64,000 nucleotides of DNA, from NCBI RefSeq assembly GCF_964204645.1, contig NC_134034.1, positions 12,968,962 to 13,032,961 of the forward strand, given 5' to 3'. Made by a program: the position numbers and the translations under genes. Each line of letters begins with the position of its first letter. The first letter of the stretch is position 1. Below, piece after piece: positions 1-13,100 of this stretch. The stretch is from Tubulanus polymorphus (lineage: Eukaryota; Animalia; Nemertea). The notes under the pieces were generated by a model. The model did not search any database and was not told where the DNA came from. It was given only the letters and a program-made list of their open reading frames with translations.

Positions 1-25
1 AACAGTCAACTAACTATTACAATAC

Positions 26-445
<420 letters not shown>

Positions 446-759
446 TATCTGCAAGGCCTCTATAACAACAGTAGAAACGCAGTATATGAATAAATATATA
501 TATGCATATATACATACTGACTCCTATGACTAAATCAACCGTTTGTGGTTTGTGGTTTATGTATTTAAAAGTTATCAAACAAACAACAAACTGTTAAAAG
601 GTTCCTGTTGCTGATTGGTTGCTTTGATGTTAGATTTTGTATATCTGCTGAACGGATTTCTTAGTAATACAGTTTTATCGTTTCAAAATAAAAAAAAGGT
701 TCCTGTTGCTGATTGGTTGTCTTATCTAACGGATTGCTCAGTCGTGTTCTGTAGTCGAC

Positions 760-1743
760 ATGATGCAGTCGACTGCAAACGTAACCAGTCTAAGGCCGAT
801 AGGACGTCCATACGCTTCGTATTACCTATTGGACGGGTTACGCTTCTTACACGGGTCAACGCTTCACGTCGCTACTGTTTCTATGACTACGATCTTCGGT
901 CTAGGTTTATTCGGAAACGCGGCGACCTTTTTCATAATGACGTCGCGGCGATTTCGGCATCTTTCGTATGCGATCTATCTGACAGCGCTATCCGTGACGG
1001 ATTTCGGCTCGACTGTGTTCTTGACGTGTTTACCCGTTTTGAACTACTACTATGTGAAATTTCATGGATCTCGGCTGGTAGATTTCCAGAACAGGGTTCA
1101 GTGTATTCTATTTGAAATGCTAGCTTCTGAGTTGATAATCTGCAGTTCGTGGTTCGTCGTTATAATCGCCGTTGAGAGATTCGTTCTCGTGTTTTTCCCT
1201 TTCACGGCGCGAGTCGTCTGCACGGCGAAGTTCGCTCGTTCGACGTTAGGCGGCGTACTCGTCGTTAACGCGCTAATTACCGCAATAATCGACACGCGAA
1301 CTGGGTACACCGACGCGCTTGGTTGCCACATAACCTTGAAACACCAACAGCGCGCTTTCCTATTTTTTGTAACCTACGTTTACGTGATTCCGATTTTAGT
1401 CGTTATTTTCGCGAATTCCGCGATTTCCGTAAAACTTTACACGAACCGTCGATTCGGAGGAAACGAGGCTAAATGCGCGAAAACGAGGCGCGCAACGGTC
1501 ATGCTGTTGGCCGTTTCCAGTGTTTTCTTACTGACCGCGTCACCAACTACAATATATACCTTCATACCGAATATAGGTGGCGCTGCTATGAAATTGATCT
1601 ACGTAACCCTATCGTTGCTACTGAGTTGTAACTACGCGGTCAATTTCTATGTTTACTTACTCATGGGTCGGGAGGTTAGGGGTTATATTTACAAACGGGT
1701 TATCAGCTGCAACAACGCATGGACCAAACCCGGTCGATTGTGA
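760..1743 (+). CDS. Intronless class A (rhodopsin-like) peptide GPCR, FMRFamide/sex-peptide-receptor-like group
   Basis: 327 aa with 7 hydrophobic segments: GLFGN (TM1), LSVTD (TM2), AVERF (DRY equivalent), LTASP (TM6), NYAVNFYVY (TM7). Confidence 0.88.
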   Translation: MMQSTANVTSLRPIGRPYASYYLLDGLRFLHGSTLHVATVSMTTIFGLGLFGNAATFFIMTSRRFRHLSYAIYLTALSVTDFGSTVFLTCLPVLNYYYVKFHGSRLVDFQNRVQCILFEMLASELIICSSWFVVIIAVERFVLVFFPFTARVVCTAKFARSTLGGVLVVNALITAIIDTRTGYTDALGCHITLKHQQRAFLFFVTYVYVIPILVVIFANSAISVKLYTNRRFGGNEAKCAKTRRATVMLLAVSSVFLLTASPTTIYTFIPNIGGAAMKLIYVTLSLLLSCNYAVNFYVYLLMGREVRGYIYKRVISCNNAWTKPGRL

Positions 1744-1866
1744 TTCCACGAATGTCGCACGGCACCGTGGACGTTGCACCTGCGGCTTTACATCTCACCC
1801 CTTTCAGATTTCCGGACATCAGAGGAAAGCAACGCGCCAGATATTTAAATCTTTATGCATTGTTTT

Positions 1867-2232
1867 AGACGATAACTCGTAATACATAGACCCGTCAGCA
1901 GACGATTACTCGTAATACATAAACCCGTCAGCAGACGATTACTCGTAATACATAAACCCGTCAGCAGACGATTGCTCGTAATACATAGACCCGTCAGCAG
2001 ACGATTACTCGTAATACATAGACCCGTCAGCAGACGATTACTCGTAATACATAGACCCGTCAGCAGACGATTACTCGTAATACATAAACCCGTCAGCAGA
2101 CGATTACTCGTAATACATAGACCCGTCAGCAGACGATTACTCGTAATACATAGACCCGTCAGCAGACGATTGCTCGTAATACATAGACCCGTCAGCAGAC
2201 GATTACTCGTAATTCATAAACCCGTCAGCAGA
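1867..2232. repeat. 33-bp tandem repeat, about 11 copies (ctcgtaatacatagacccgtcagcagacgatta)
   Basis: Period 33 from 1876 to 2206; the last unit overlaps the stop codon of the minus-strand PAN gene. Confidence 0.95.
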
Positions 2233-2939
2233 GGATTTGGTATCGTCCGAATGATCGTCAATGTTTATATCGTTTAACTCACAAATCTGTGTCGTATCGT
2301 GAAACTGGAACGATACGCATAGTGCCGTTCTCTGACACCAGGCGGCACAACTTATCATATTGTGACCGGAATTCGATGCTATCACGTGATTCGGAGTGAG
2401 TTTAACGTTTTCCCGACCGTTTGAACTGAACGATTTTGAAATATAAGTAGAGTCACTTATAGACGCAGTAGTTGTAGACGCAGTAGTTGTAGACACGGCA
2501 GTTGTAGATGTGGGAGTTGTAGAATTATCTGTAAGTAGAAATGAATTTTACCCAACACGGTGACCTCATTTAGTGACGTCACACGGGGACCTCATATGGT
2601 GTCCTCACATGGTCATACCGATGTTAAATTCTTACCTAATTTAGCTAAAAGTGAGAATTTTTGACAAACCAAATCCTGCCCGACACTCAAATTATAACTG
2701 TCTCCTATTTTAAATTGATCTTGCCTAAAACCTGTGAGTCTTTCGGTTACATCGACACAATTCTCCAGGCTCGAATTTAATCTTAATGTGGAGATACATA
2801 CGCCTAGATGTAGTGAGTAAGGATCTTCGTCATCATGAGTTATAGCGATAAGGTCTCCTGCTTTGACCTTCAAAATACAATTAAAGACATCCAATTTATA
2901 CGAGTGTAACCCATGTTTTCCCTCTGATGCAGGGGTGTA

Positions 2940-3403
2940 CAGCTAAGCATACATCGACAAAGCGACTGGAGACAACTAGTTGCTAGTGAGCGAGTACCCC
3001 GCGCACATCGAAAATTTAGTAAAAACCAGCAACTGCGTGGCTCATGCCGGTCGCTAGGTCCATAGCGCACACATCGACAGCAACTGAGATGTGGTTAAGC
3101 AAAAATGAGGGCATCACAAGTCACGTGACAAATAGCTTTGTTTTATTCAGTTACAACCATGTGTTGTTGATTATGGAGCGCTCACATCGACGGATATGAG
3201 AGCAACTGAGTACAACTAGTTGCTCAAAAGTAGAACATGAGCAACTGGGTGGAACTGGAGATAGATGGACGCTAACCAGTCGTAAGCTAACTCACATCGA
3301 CACATTCGAGCAACTGATCGTATCCAGCCAGTTCCTCTCATGCGCCGAAAACTGCCCGGCAACTAGTTGTCTCCAATCGCAGTGTCGATGTGCGCTAGGC
3401 TTA
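2940..3403. mobile_element. Degenerate MITE-like element with repeated cacatcgac / gtcgatgtg inverted motifs
   Basis: agctaagcatacatcgac at the left, gtcgatgtgcgctaggct at the right; internal caactagttg palindromes; intronic. Confidence 0.45.
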
Positions 3404-4097
3404 AGAGTGTATCCCAAGTGCACCCCACTTCCTCCCCTGGGGTAGGGGTGAGGGGGATGATTGGTTTACCTGCACGTCGCTACTCAAACGGTTGTATTTT
3501 TCCCCTCCACTGCAAGTTTTCTTCTAGAAGTCAACACTAGGTGGCGTTGTGAAGTGGTTGATGTCGATTCTACCCGCCAGGTGGTCACATAACTTCTACA
3601 TGGTCTCACTTGAGTCAAAAAATATTTCCATCCGAGCAATGCGCCATCTACTGGGAATGTGTAATTATATAGAAAATAAGTTTCCAAGCCCTGAATTGTA
3701 CCGATGTCTACAGCCGGGTTCCCGAACTCAATAATATCAGCACGATTTAATTCTGGACCTAAAAATAACATACCTAAATAATCAACATATTCTGAATTGA
3801 TTATCAGATTGATTAGAATTAATTTACATATTTTGAATAGATGATTTGATTTATTAGAATACATTGTCTGTGTATTGTGCGCTTTCTCAGGAAATCAATA
3901 CAACTGTTCATGCGTATGGTGTAAATATTTTATCGATTTAACAAAAGTTCTTCGACAGGAAGGAATATAATTGTTCGCTTATGTATATTTTACCTCGTAG
4001 CCCACAGGTTTCTACAGAAACTCCCTGACAATGAACTACCGGGGTACTGAATGTTTCCGCGTAACGGGAATTTTATTAAAGCAGTTCTTCGATACAA

Positions 4098-4238
4098 GAT
4101 GAAAACCCACTATCTACAGAATAAAAGAATTTAAAAACAAGAATTTATCTATTAGTCGATCTAGAATATTGAGAATACACGACGTTTCCGCGATCTCGCC
4201 CTAGAGATCATCGTCAGGTGATCTTTAGGGTGAGAGCG
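4098..4238 (-). mobile_element. Penelope-like terminal fragment with degenerate minimal hammerhead (family A, copy 1)
   Basis: Shares gat(g/a)aaaacccactat...aagaatttatctatt...cacgacgtttc...gatcatcgtcagg with 44725 and 62645. Minus strand reads CUGACGA-UGAUCUC...GAGAUC-[GCG]-GAAACGUC, with a 3-nt insertion before GAAA. Confidence 0.65.
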
Positions 4239-5146
4239 TGGGATCTAGTTCTTCGATTTGTTTGGACATTCTAATGATAGATTCACCTGATGGAACTGAT
4301 GGCCACTTACGTATGACATCATTAGGGTATTAACTACAGGGCCGGCGTAAGGTATGAACTATAGCTCTGGTTCGTCACAATTGTGCGTAAAATTTTGAAA
4401 AAATGGACTTATGATACGCATTCTGGGAGCATTTCAGAATGCATTGTAATATTCAATTTTGTTTCGTTTCCATCAAGCTCTATAGCGGTGTCCCGTGCAC
4501 CGAAAATTTTTGGAGGTCACTATTTGCCGGTTGTATAGCCACGCACGTCAATAGTATTATTGTCATGGCCACTATCGCATTGTGGCGATATACACCCGAC
4601 ATTTCGGACTCTATATAGTGTGGGTTTTAAACTTATCATCTGTTCTCCACGTCAGAGTGTACCGGGGCTATTCTACAATTATTACGATGATGATGATATC
4701 AAAACATTATCTTTGATTTGTAGCGTCTATATCTAATTACGTTGATGATGATAATATCAGAACATTATTTCTTATTTGTGGCGTCAACGCTGATGAAAAT
4801 GTTGAGAAGTTGAGAGGCAAACGATGATTCAACTGCAGAAGAAATAGCCAAAAGAAATTGCCGACGGACTTAGTCGTCGCGGCGCATACAGTGGCTTAGT
4901 AGGGGTGATAAACCGATTGCTCAGTGGATAAAATGATTCCTCAGTGGATGAAATAGAGTTTCCACATCATGTTATATGTATGAGTCGATGAAATAAAATC
5001 TTGATTGAAGGTCAATAGCAAAATTTGATATTCATTTCATTAGAATTAAACCCATAACTTAATGGGACTGATTGCAGGAGGCTTTGACCAGTTCCACACC
5101 CGTTTTTGTATAATTCAATATTCAAAACCGGGCTTTCATTTTGCCG

Positions 5147-6145
5147 CTATTTTCTACTGAATAATTCTTTCGCTAGTTTTCTAAACGTGGCATTTGTCAG
5201 AAAAAATACGACGAAATTGAAACTGGAATTTATTTGTGAGAAAATTCTCTGGATCGAGGTCATAACGTCGGCCGTTACTTTCGCGTAGTCTAAAATTCGA
5301 TCGGCAACCTGAGGCCCTTCGCAAACTAGAAACATAGCAACCGTCGCAAAGGCCAACATGGCCGCCTTCAATTCATGCTTCCGACTTGTGCCGCTAGTGT
5401 CGCTTGTCCCGACCGACGGCGTCGCCATCTGGCGGCGTCTTCGTGACGATTTAAATATAGCGTAAAGTAACGCTGAATTCATAAAACAAAGCGTTACAAA
5501 CGGTATAATCACTATAGCAACAGCGTTCATAATTATTCTCTTAAAAATACGGGTAGTTTCGGAGGCCGGTAAAACTAAATTAGTCAACATCAACCGGTCG
5601 TACGGGCACCTGAAATAGACGTAACCCAGACGTTTAAACCAAAACCGAAACATCTGAGACAAAACACAGAATACGAATAGCGCGACGGTCAACAGGTTAC
5701 AGCTAAAACGCGTACAGTACACACGGCCTTTAAACGGATACCAAATTTGAAACAACCGTTCACCGCAGAGAACAACAACGAACCAATTGCGGAACATCTC
5801 AACGATATGTTGAATAATGCTAAAATAGAGCGGAATTTCCGGTACGATAATCCGTTCCGACATGTAGTAGAAATATCGACCGTGTACGGCGAGACCGATG
5901 TACGTGTGACCTTGAACGAACACGGCCAGGACGAGTAGATAAACGATATCGATACCGGAGACCAGGGTTAACAGATAGAACGTCGTCAAACGTGATCTAA
6001 ACCGACAGAATACTCGAATTGTGACGATATTTAGAGGGATTCCGGTCACCAGTAAAACCGTACCGATAAACGCGTCGTACCGAACAGACTGTAACCTACA
6101 GCTTGTATCAGCACCACTCCTAGACCCGTTAGAAACGAACCGCAT
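5147..6145 (-). CDS. Intronless class A GPCR, FMRFamide-receptor-like
   Basis: ORF 5147-6277, first ATG at 6145; GIPLN (TM1), CGERL (TM3), CEGP (TM6), NSSFNFVVF (TM7), then FRKL helix 8. Confidence 0.87.
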   Translation of the reverse strand: MRFVSNGSRSGADTSCRLQSVRYDAFIGTVLLVTGIPLNIVTIRVFCRFRSRLTTFYLLTLVSGIDIVYLLVLAVFVQGHTYIGLAVHGRYFYYMSERIIVPEIPLYFSIIQHIVEMFRNWFVVVLCGERLFQIWYPFKGRVYCTRFSCNLLTVALFVFCVLSQMFRFWFKRLGYVYFRCPYDRLMLTNLVLPASETTRIFKRIIMNAVAIVIIPFVTLCFMNSALLYAIFKSSRRRRQMATPSVGTSDTSGTSRKHELKAAMLAFATVAMFLVCEGPQVADRILDYAKVTADVMTSIQRIFSQINSSFNFVVFFLTNATFRKLAKELFSRK

Positions 6146-7138
6146 CTTACGGATTGTCCTGAGTATGAGGGAGCCTGGCGTGACGGACAGGAAGATTGCA
6201 GTAGCTGCCTGAGTTATCCGGAGTAACTGCCTTGCGTAAATTCCTCGGGTCTCTAACGGATCTGTTCCTGTTGCCAATCAGCCAATCAGCGTTCAGCCGA
6301 TATAAAAACTAGTAATGGTATTTTTATATCGGCTGCTAACGGTCTCTAATGGACTAAAAGCCCAATATTCACCGGAATGCATTAATCCACGAAATACGAT
6401 TATCTAGACTTTATCTAGTCTAAACTGTTCCGGAGTCGGTGAATACCTCCACTGGGGAACAAAATAATATGGAGAATCTATGTCAATCTGTTCCTAGCCT
6501 TTAACTTGCCTTCTCTATCCTCCAGGAGCGAGTGAGAAGGGATATCATTCTCCTTCCTGCAGGGGCGACGATTTGAAGATTCTGCGGGGGATTTAATCTT
6601 TAGCAACAGATGGGGTTTTGGAAACTGTCAAATAATGCAGAATTCTAAACCACGAAAAACTTTGAAATTAATATATGCAAATTTATTCATGATTTACCGT
6701 AATAATGTTAATAATGATCTGAATACAACAGGCATGCATAACAACCATTTTAAATTTGAGTAAAATCGAATAATAAACAAGTGTCAGTAATGTTTCTGTA
6801 CAAAGACGAGGAGCCGGGTGAGTGTAAGGAAAGCACCGACACGGGGTTAGGGTAAGGAAGACACCGAGCCGGGGATAGCGTAAGGAAGGCACCGACCCGG
6901 GGATTTGGTATGGAAGGCGTCGACACGGGACGGGGTAAGGAAGGCACCGCTTTAACACAATCACAATAGTTTATCATAATTTAGGTCATTATTCGATTAA
7001 AGGTGATCAATTAAAACCGGTTTCACGTCACGTGATTTTAACATAACCAACTCATTAGAATCTGAAATCAATAACTGCTCAACATTTCCATATAAGGAAG
7101 ACACAAAATGGCGGATAGACGCCGCAGTGGATTGTGGG

Positions 7139-10100
7139 TTATGAGATGAGGCACGCACGGGATTGTGGGTTCTGTTTTCGTCGATGGTTCATTTTCCCCA
7201 CCTGCCTCGCTATTAACATGGCCGCGTTAACTGACGTCCTGCGAGCAGACGATGACTGCTGCTGCCCCCTATCATCAGACGTTTGAACTAAATCTTCAGC
7301 TGATCGCGATTTATATTTTTGAGTTTCCTCAGTTAATTTCGATGCTAAATTCTTACTGGCTTTTCTAACTGGGCCGCCATTTTGAATAGAATTAGCGGAA
7401 TCATCGTTTTTGGTCGCCGTTGTGCGCGATGCTGTATTCCCTGGCGATTTGGTCACGTGGTTATTTGAGTTTTGATTCCCTGCATGAACACTAGTGGTCG
7501 AACTGGACTGTGGGGTATCTGAACGAGACTGTGAGGTATTTGAACTAGACTGTGGGACATTGGAATTAGACTGTGAGGTATTCGAATTTATTATCTGTTT
7601 ATCAGATTTGTCTGCTTTGGCGTTGTCCTGATGACCGTTAGGTAACTTGCTGGCAGTAACAACCGCTTCTGTTGGTTTATTGGGACTAGATATGGACTTT
7701 TCTGGGATTTTCCAAGACTCCCTGGTATCAGGTACGATTGTTTTTGGGATTTTCTCGGATATCTTGGAATCTGAAACCACAGTTTCTATTTTATGATTTT
7801 CTGACATTTTTTTCTTGGTTTCTGTTGTGTCTTCGGCTCTCGCAGAATAACTCGTAACAGTTTCTGGAACTTCGTCTGATTTCTGAGGATCAGTTAAATC
7901 ACTTTTCAGTGACTTCACTTGTTCTGATGACGCAGTTTGCTCATTCTCCACGGGTGGTTGTTTGATGCGCTCGGATTTTCCCTGATCATCATTTGTTGGT
8001 GTCTGGTTAGTTTTTGTGCCACCAGGTGGCGCTGATGTTGATACCTCAGTGGTTTTTATGTCACCAGCTGGCGCTGATGTTGATATCTCGATAGGTTTGG
8101 TGTCACCAGGTGTCGCTGCTGTTGAAAACTCGGTAGTTTTGGTGTCACCAGGTGTCACTGCTGTTGAACTGTCTGTAGGTTTGGTGTCACCAGGTGTCAC
8201 TGCTGTTGAACTCTCTGTAGGTTTGGTTTCGCCAGGAGTCGCTGCTGTTGAACTGTCTGTAGGTTTGGTTTCACCAGGTGTCGCTGCTGTTGAACTGTCT
8301 GTAGGTTTGGTGTCACCAGGTGTCGCTGCTGTTGAAAACTCGGTAGTTTTGGTGTCACCAGGTGTCGCTGCTGTTGAACTGTCTGTAGGTTTGGTTTCAC
8401 CAGGTGTCGCTGCTGTTGAACTGTCTGTAGGTTTGGTTTCGCCAGGTGTCGCTGCTGTTGAACTGTCTGTAGGTTTGGTTTCACCAGGTGTCGCTGCTGT
8501 TGAACTCTCTGTAGGTTTCGTTTCACCAGGTGTCGCTGCTGTTGAACTCTCTGTAGGTTTGGTTTCGCCAGGTGTCGCTGCTGTTGAACTCTCTGTAGGT
8601 TTGGTTTCACCAGGTGTCGCTGCTGTTGAACTCTCTGTAGGTTTGGTTTCGCCAGGTGTCGCTGCTGTTGAACTGTCTGTAGGTTTGGTTTCACCAGGTG
8701 TCGCTGCTGTTGAACTCTCTGTAGGTTTCGTTTCACCAGGTGTCGCTGCTGTTGAAATCTCTGCAGGTTTGGTTTCGCCAGGTGTCGCTGCTGTTGAACT
8801 CTCTGTAGGTTTGGTGTCACCAGGTGTCGCTGTGATTTTATCAGTCTCCATTGACTTCGTCTGGTTAATCTTCACTTCCGGCTCGGATGGACTAGCTACG
8901 GTTATATGGACGGGTTTCGTCGATGACGTCACCGGTTTTTGCGTAGTCGATGACGTCAGCGGTAGTTTGTGCGTAGTTGTTTTGACGGGACTAGCGGGCG
9001 GAGTTTCGAGTCGCTCTCGTATCGTTCTCAACACTTTTCTGCCTTCTTCATAAATCGGGTCGGCGATATTAAACATCGTAACACTTCCGTCCGTACAACC
9101 CAACACTACACCAGCGCCATCTGGTGCGCCGATTATAGCCGTGACGTCAGCGTGCGCTTTATAATTAGCGATACGTTTGCCGTCTGCGACGCGGAAAACG
9201 CGTAGAGTTCTGTGTCCTGAGTGATAGTACAACACGTGTTGGTCGTTACGAGTAAACAATGTCTTCACGCTAAACACTCCCTCGGCTACTTTAGGTATCA
9301 ACTGGTGTACCACGTGACCGTTGTTTTTCAGGTCGAGCAGTTGTAGACCCCCGCGCGTCGGCGCGTACAGACCGTATTTACCGTTCTTCGTGCACTGACC
9401 GTTCCATTTCAACACGGAACGCACGAACGATTTCTTTTTGATATCCCAAATGTTGCCTTTCTCGTGATCGATCAGACCGACTTGCGTCGGTTCACCGGGT
9501 ATCGCTATAAGCCGGTTGTAATCGATATAATTGTTATATTTAGGGATCGTATCGTACAGGTGTGTCCCAGTTTTAGCGTGATACACACTCAACACTTCAA
9601 CGCCTTTTTTATCGACAGCAGGTGTTACTATGAATAGACCGTCGGTAGTTATTACCGGTTCCAGGAAACGAGACCCGTATGTATAATTCATAGCGAATAT
9701 AGTCGAACCGCTCGGGATTCCCCTACAAGTCATAACAGCGCCATCTGTCGTCGATTTCGAGACGGTTACGAATTTGCGGTCGTCCCCGGTGATGACTAGA
9801 TGCAATACGTCAGGTTCTACTGCGGATTTGATAGCTTTCTTACTTTCCACATCCCAAATAAGGACTTTCCCCGATTCGGCGCTGATGACGTAACGGGCGT
9901 CTGTCGTTATCTGCGCGTGCGTAACGATAGCGCTGCTCCCAGAATGCATCAACGACGACGTCATCTGGCCGGATTGTAAATTCCACAATCCGACACAGTT
10001 CCTGGCCACAGCTGCGCCTATACAATCGTTACCGGCTAAACTAACGCCCTCTATCGGCTTCTCGTGTCTATTGATATGGTTGACGCTCTCACGGATGTTG

Positions 10101-13100
10101 TCGAAATTCCAAACTTTGATAGATTTATCAATGGATGACGAAACGACGATATTAGCACCGACGGGCACGGAGGTTAGAGCTATAATTCGACCGAAGTGCG
10201 CGTCCAGCGATCTCAATAGCTCACCGGTCTTCGTCTGCCATACGTACAACACCTTCCGCACTCCGGCGATGAAGTATTGATTATTCTCGGAGAACGCCAC
10301 TAAACTCGACATCGGGTTTTTGTTTGGAATGTTGCGGATTCCAGGCGGTAGACGCATCAGGGTCATCGTACAATGAAACAGATCGATCATCTCCCAAACT
10401 CTGTATCCTAACATCCCAGTCGCCGCTACATACCTACCATCACTCGACAGCGTCAGGCAGTACACGTTGTCCGTATTGTCCGGTAGGGTGCGCTCGTATT
10501 TCCACGTGTTTCCGGTTCGTCTGTAAGCGGCCACGGCGTTATCGCTGATAGCTATGCAGGCGTACAACATCAAACCGTCTTTACTCACAGCTATAGCGCT
10601 GTGTAATTCAAACGGCTTCATTATAGATGGCGCAGTTGTCTGACCGTTTGCGACCGCTCCTGTAGGCGACTGTTTACTAGCGCCCTCTGTCGGTATTGTG
10701 AACGCATTAAGAGTCATATCGTCATCAGTTTCACTTCCGGTTTTATTCAAACAATAGAATTCTCGCCCCGCTATCTGTACGTGTATGATCGGGTTGCTAT
10801 GGTTACCGTTATCGTGTCGAGCGACGAGCTCTCCGTTGCAGTCGTAGACAGCGACTTCCTGATTGGACCAGACGGCGAACAGCAGGTCAGCTGATACGCA
10901 CAAACCGATGACGTTTGATTGCCCGAAGAGCGGTTGGTCGATGATCGTGAATTGACCGGTGATTATGTTACACAATAAAACTTGATCGTTATTGGTAAAA
11001 CTGACCGCGTTCAAATCGTTGTCGAACAACATCAGATTACTCATAATCCCCTTAATCCCCGGATTAATAACTCGGAATATCTCGCCGGTTTTTAAATCCC
11101 AGATTATGAACTGGTTGCTGGCGGAGACGAGGTATTTCAGATCGGAAGTGATGGCGATACCGAACGGAGCGAACGGGTGGCCCTCTAGTGAGTAGTGCAG
11201 CGGACCTCCGGGGGTATGCAGGTAATGATGCGCGGGAACTAATGCGCAGTCGTTCAGCCCGTCCGTATCGCATTGTTTCAATAAAGCGTTGATTTTCTTA
11301 CTCCTGGAGTAGTACGGCAGTAGTCGACCCAGTATCTGCGGGGCTAACATGTCCGGGTATTTGGAAAGGACCGAACTGGACAGACGTAACGCGTCGGCGA
11401 CTAGAGCGATATCCTTATCGTCGGGCATCGCGTTCAGTGCGTCTTCAAAATCACCCAGTACCATTTGTAACGGCATACAACTCAACTTAGCGTGCAACCA
11501 CTTATAGTTAAACAGCACCTCGCTGATTAACAGCTCGTATCGATGCGAACGCACGTAGTGATGCGGTAACTCGTTCAGCTTACGTAGATTATACCGCGTG
11601 ACGTCACCCGAATCGTCCGTGAACGCTAACGGTTGAGCCGACACCTTCCGATCGGACATGCCTCCTCTTTCTTCGGTGTTGAACCTCTGTCTCTGTAAGT
11701 CGGAGAACTCGTACGGTTTCGGTTTACCGGCCCACGTTCCGCGGTAGTATTCGGCCAGGTTCGAGTGTATCTCCGACAGTAGGTTTACGTTCCGGAAGTA
11801 GCGTTCACGTGACGCGTCGATGAACTGACGGTGGTACCAGTCGATGACGTTTATACCGTCAGCCTCGCGTTCGCTTAGATACCCTACAAAATATAAGATA
11901 AACGTGAATGAGCACCCCCTGGTGGTTTGTGAGTGAGGGAAGACCCTGGACACAGTTACAAAATTAAAGGTCAGTCTTTATCTTTATTCTATAATCAATG
12001 CAAACAGGTTAATGACATATCGGCCGAGTATCATATTTAGGACATAGATGGCTGGTGACAATTGGTCAAAAGTTTTAACGTTTAAGGCGTACAAAACATA
12101 TACCGCTTAAAAGATGGATCATTGATTATGATAATCTCTAGATAGTTTAGATTAGGGAGGCTTAGGGGGATTATGAGGATTATGAGTTATTTACCTGGTA
12201 AATCGTTCCTGATACGTGTCCATAGTAACGGCGGTATTCTACGAACCGGCGGTAAATGCCATTGATAAACGTCGTTTAAAACTTTCTCGTCTAAACTCAA
12301 CAAATCCTCTAATTCCGCTTCGGATATACCGCTCTTAGACGCGGTTATATAACCCAGCGCTCGGGATACTAGAGTTCGGCCGTGTTGTTTCTCGATTTTC
12401 TCGAAAAGCTGCACGATATTGTCGTGTATGGTGAACGACAGTTCGCATGATGCCGGACTGCTGTAACTTTTCCAGCGGCAAATCTCATCGAATACCAGTT
12501 TCACGAACAAAGGCAGGTTACATTTAGAAATCGCTTCGGTCACGATCGACCATTGTTCCGCTGTTATCTGCCGATTGGCGTTGTTTAACCAGCTCGTCAA
12601 TATCATGCTGCTTAAATTCGGCCCTAACGGCGTCACTTGTACGAAGTTGCCCTGTTGCGGCACGGCCCGCCGCAAGGTGTCCAGCAGCCCGTAATAGTTG
12701 GGCAAAGTCGACACCACTATTTTCATATTGGGCGGAAGTTCTATCGGTAACCATGCCAACGAATGAGCGCCATCCGCTCCGGACAGCTGGTCGAGCGAAT
12801 CGAGGAATAGTAACAGCGGTTTCTCATAGGTGGCGCATGCGGCGACTAGACGTTTGAAGTATTGGCAGAGCGGCGCCAGTTCGCTGGGAATCTCGTCCAG
12901 TGACTCGCCGTACACGGTGGATATCTGAGTACACAGACTCTGCAGTAGAGGCATTATCGTCGAACTATTTGGCGACGTTCCCAGAAACCTGAGCACTAGA
13001 ATCGGTTGACACGTTTTTGAAAATTTCCATTTCGCCACCTACGAACATAGATAACAATGAATATTTTTTTCATATAAACAATTTAGCGCTCTCAATTTTT

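Larger units (their letters stand above)
2203..4602 (-). pseudogene. Multi-exon secreted protein with C-terminal Thr-rich linker and PAN/Apple domain; apparently frameshifted (pseudogene or base-call error)
   Basis: Exons 3758-3470, 2867-2636 and 2528-2203 with GT-AG ends; PAN signature SCAAWCQRTALCVSFQF...CEL. Probable upstream exons near 4050-3994 and a signal peptide MSGVYRHNAIVAMTIILLTCVAIQP from ATG 4602. Exon 3758-3470 needs +1 nt in the A5 run (3497-3501) to splice in frame to VKAGD. Confidence 0.55.

Noticed and set aside
8016-9053. 345-aa plus-strand ORF and 207-aa alternative-frame ORF
   Set aside because: Antisense or shifted readings of the 42-bp coding repeat in NWD.
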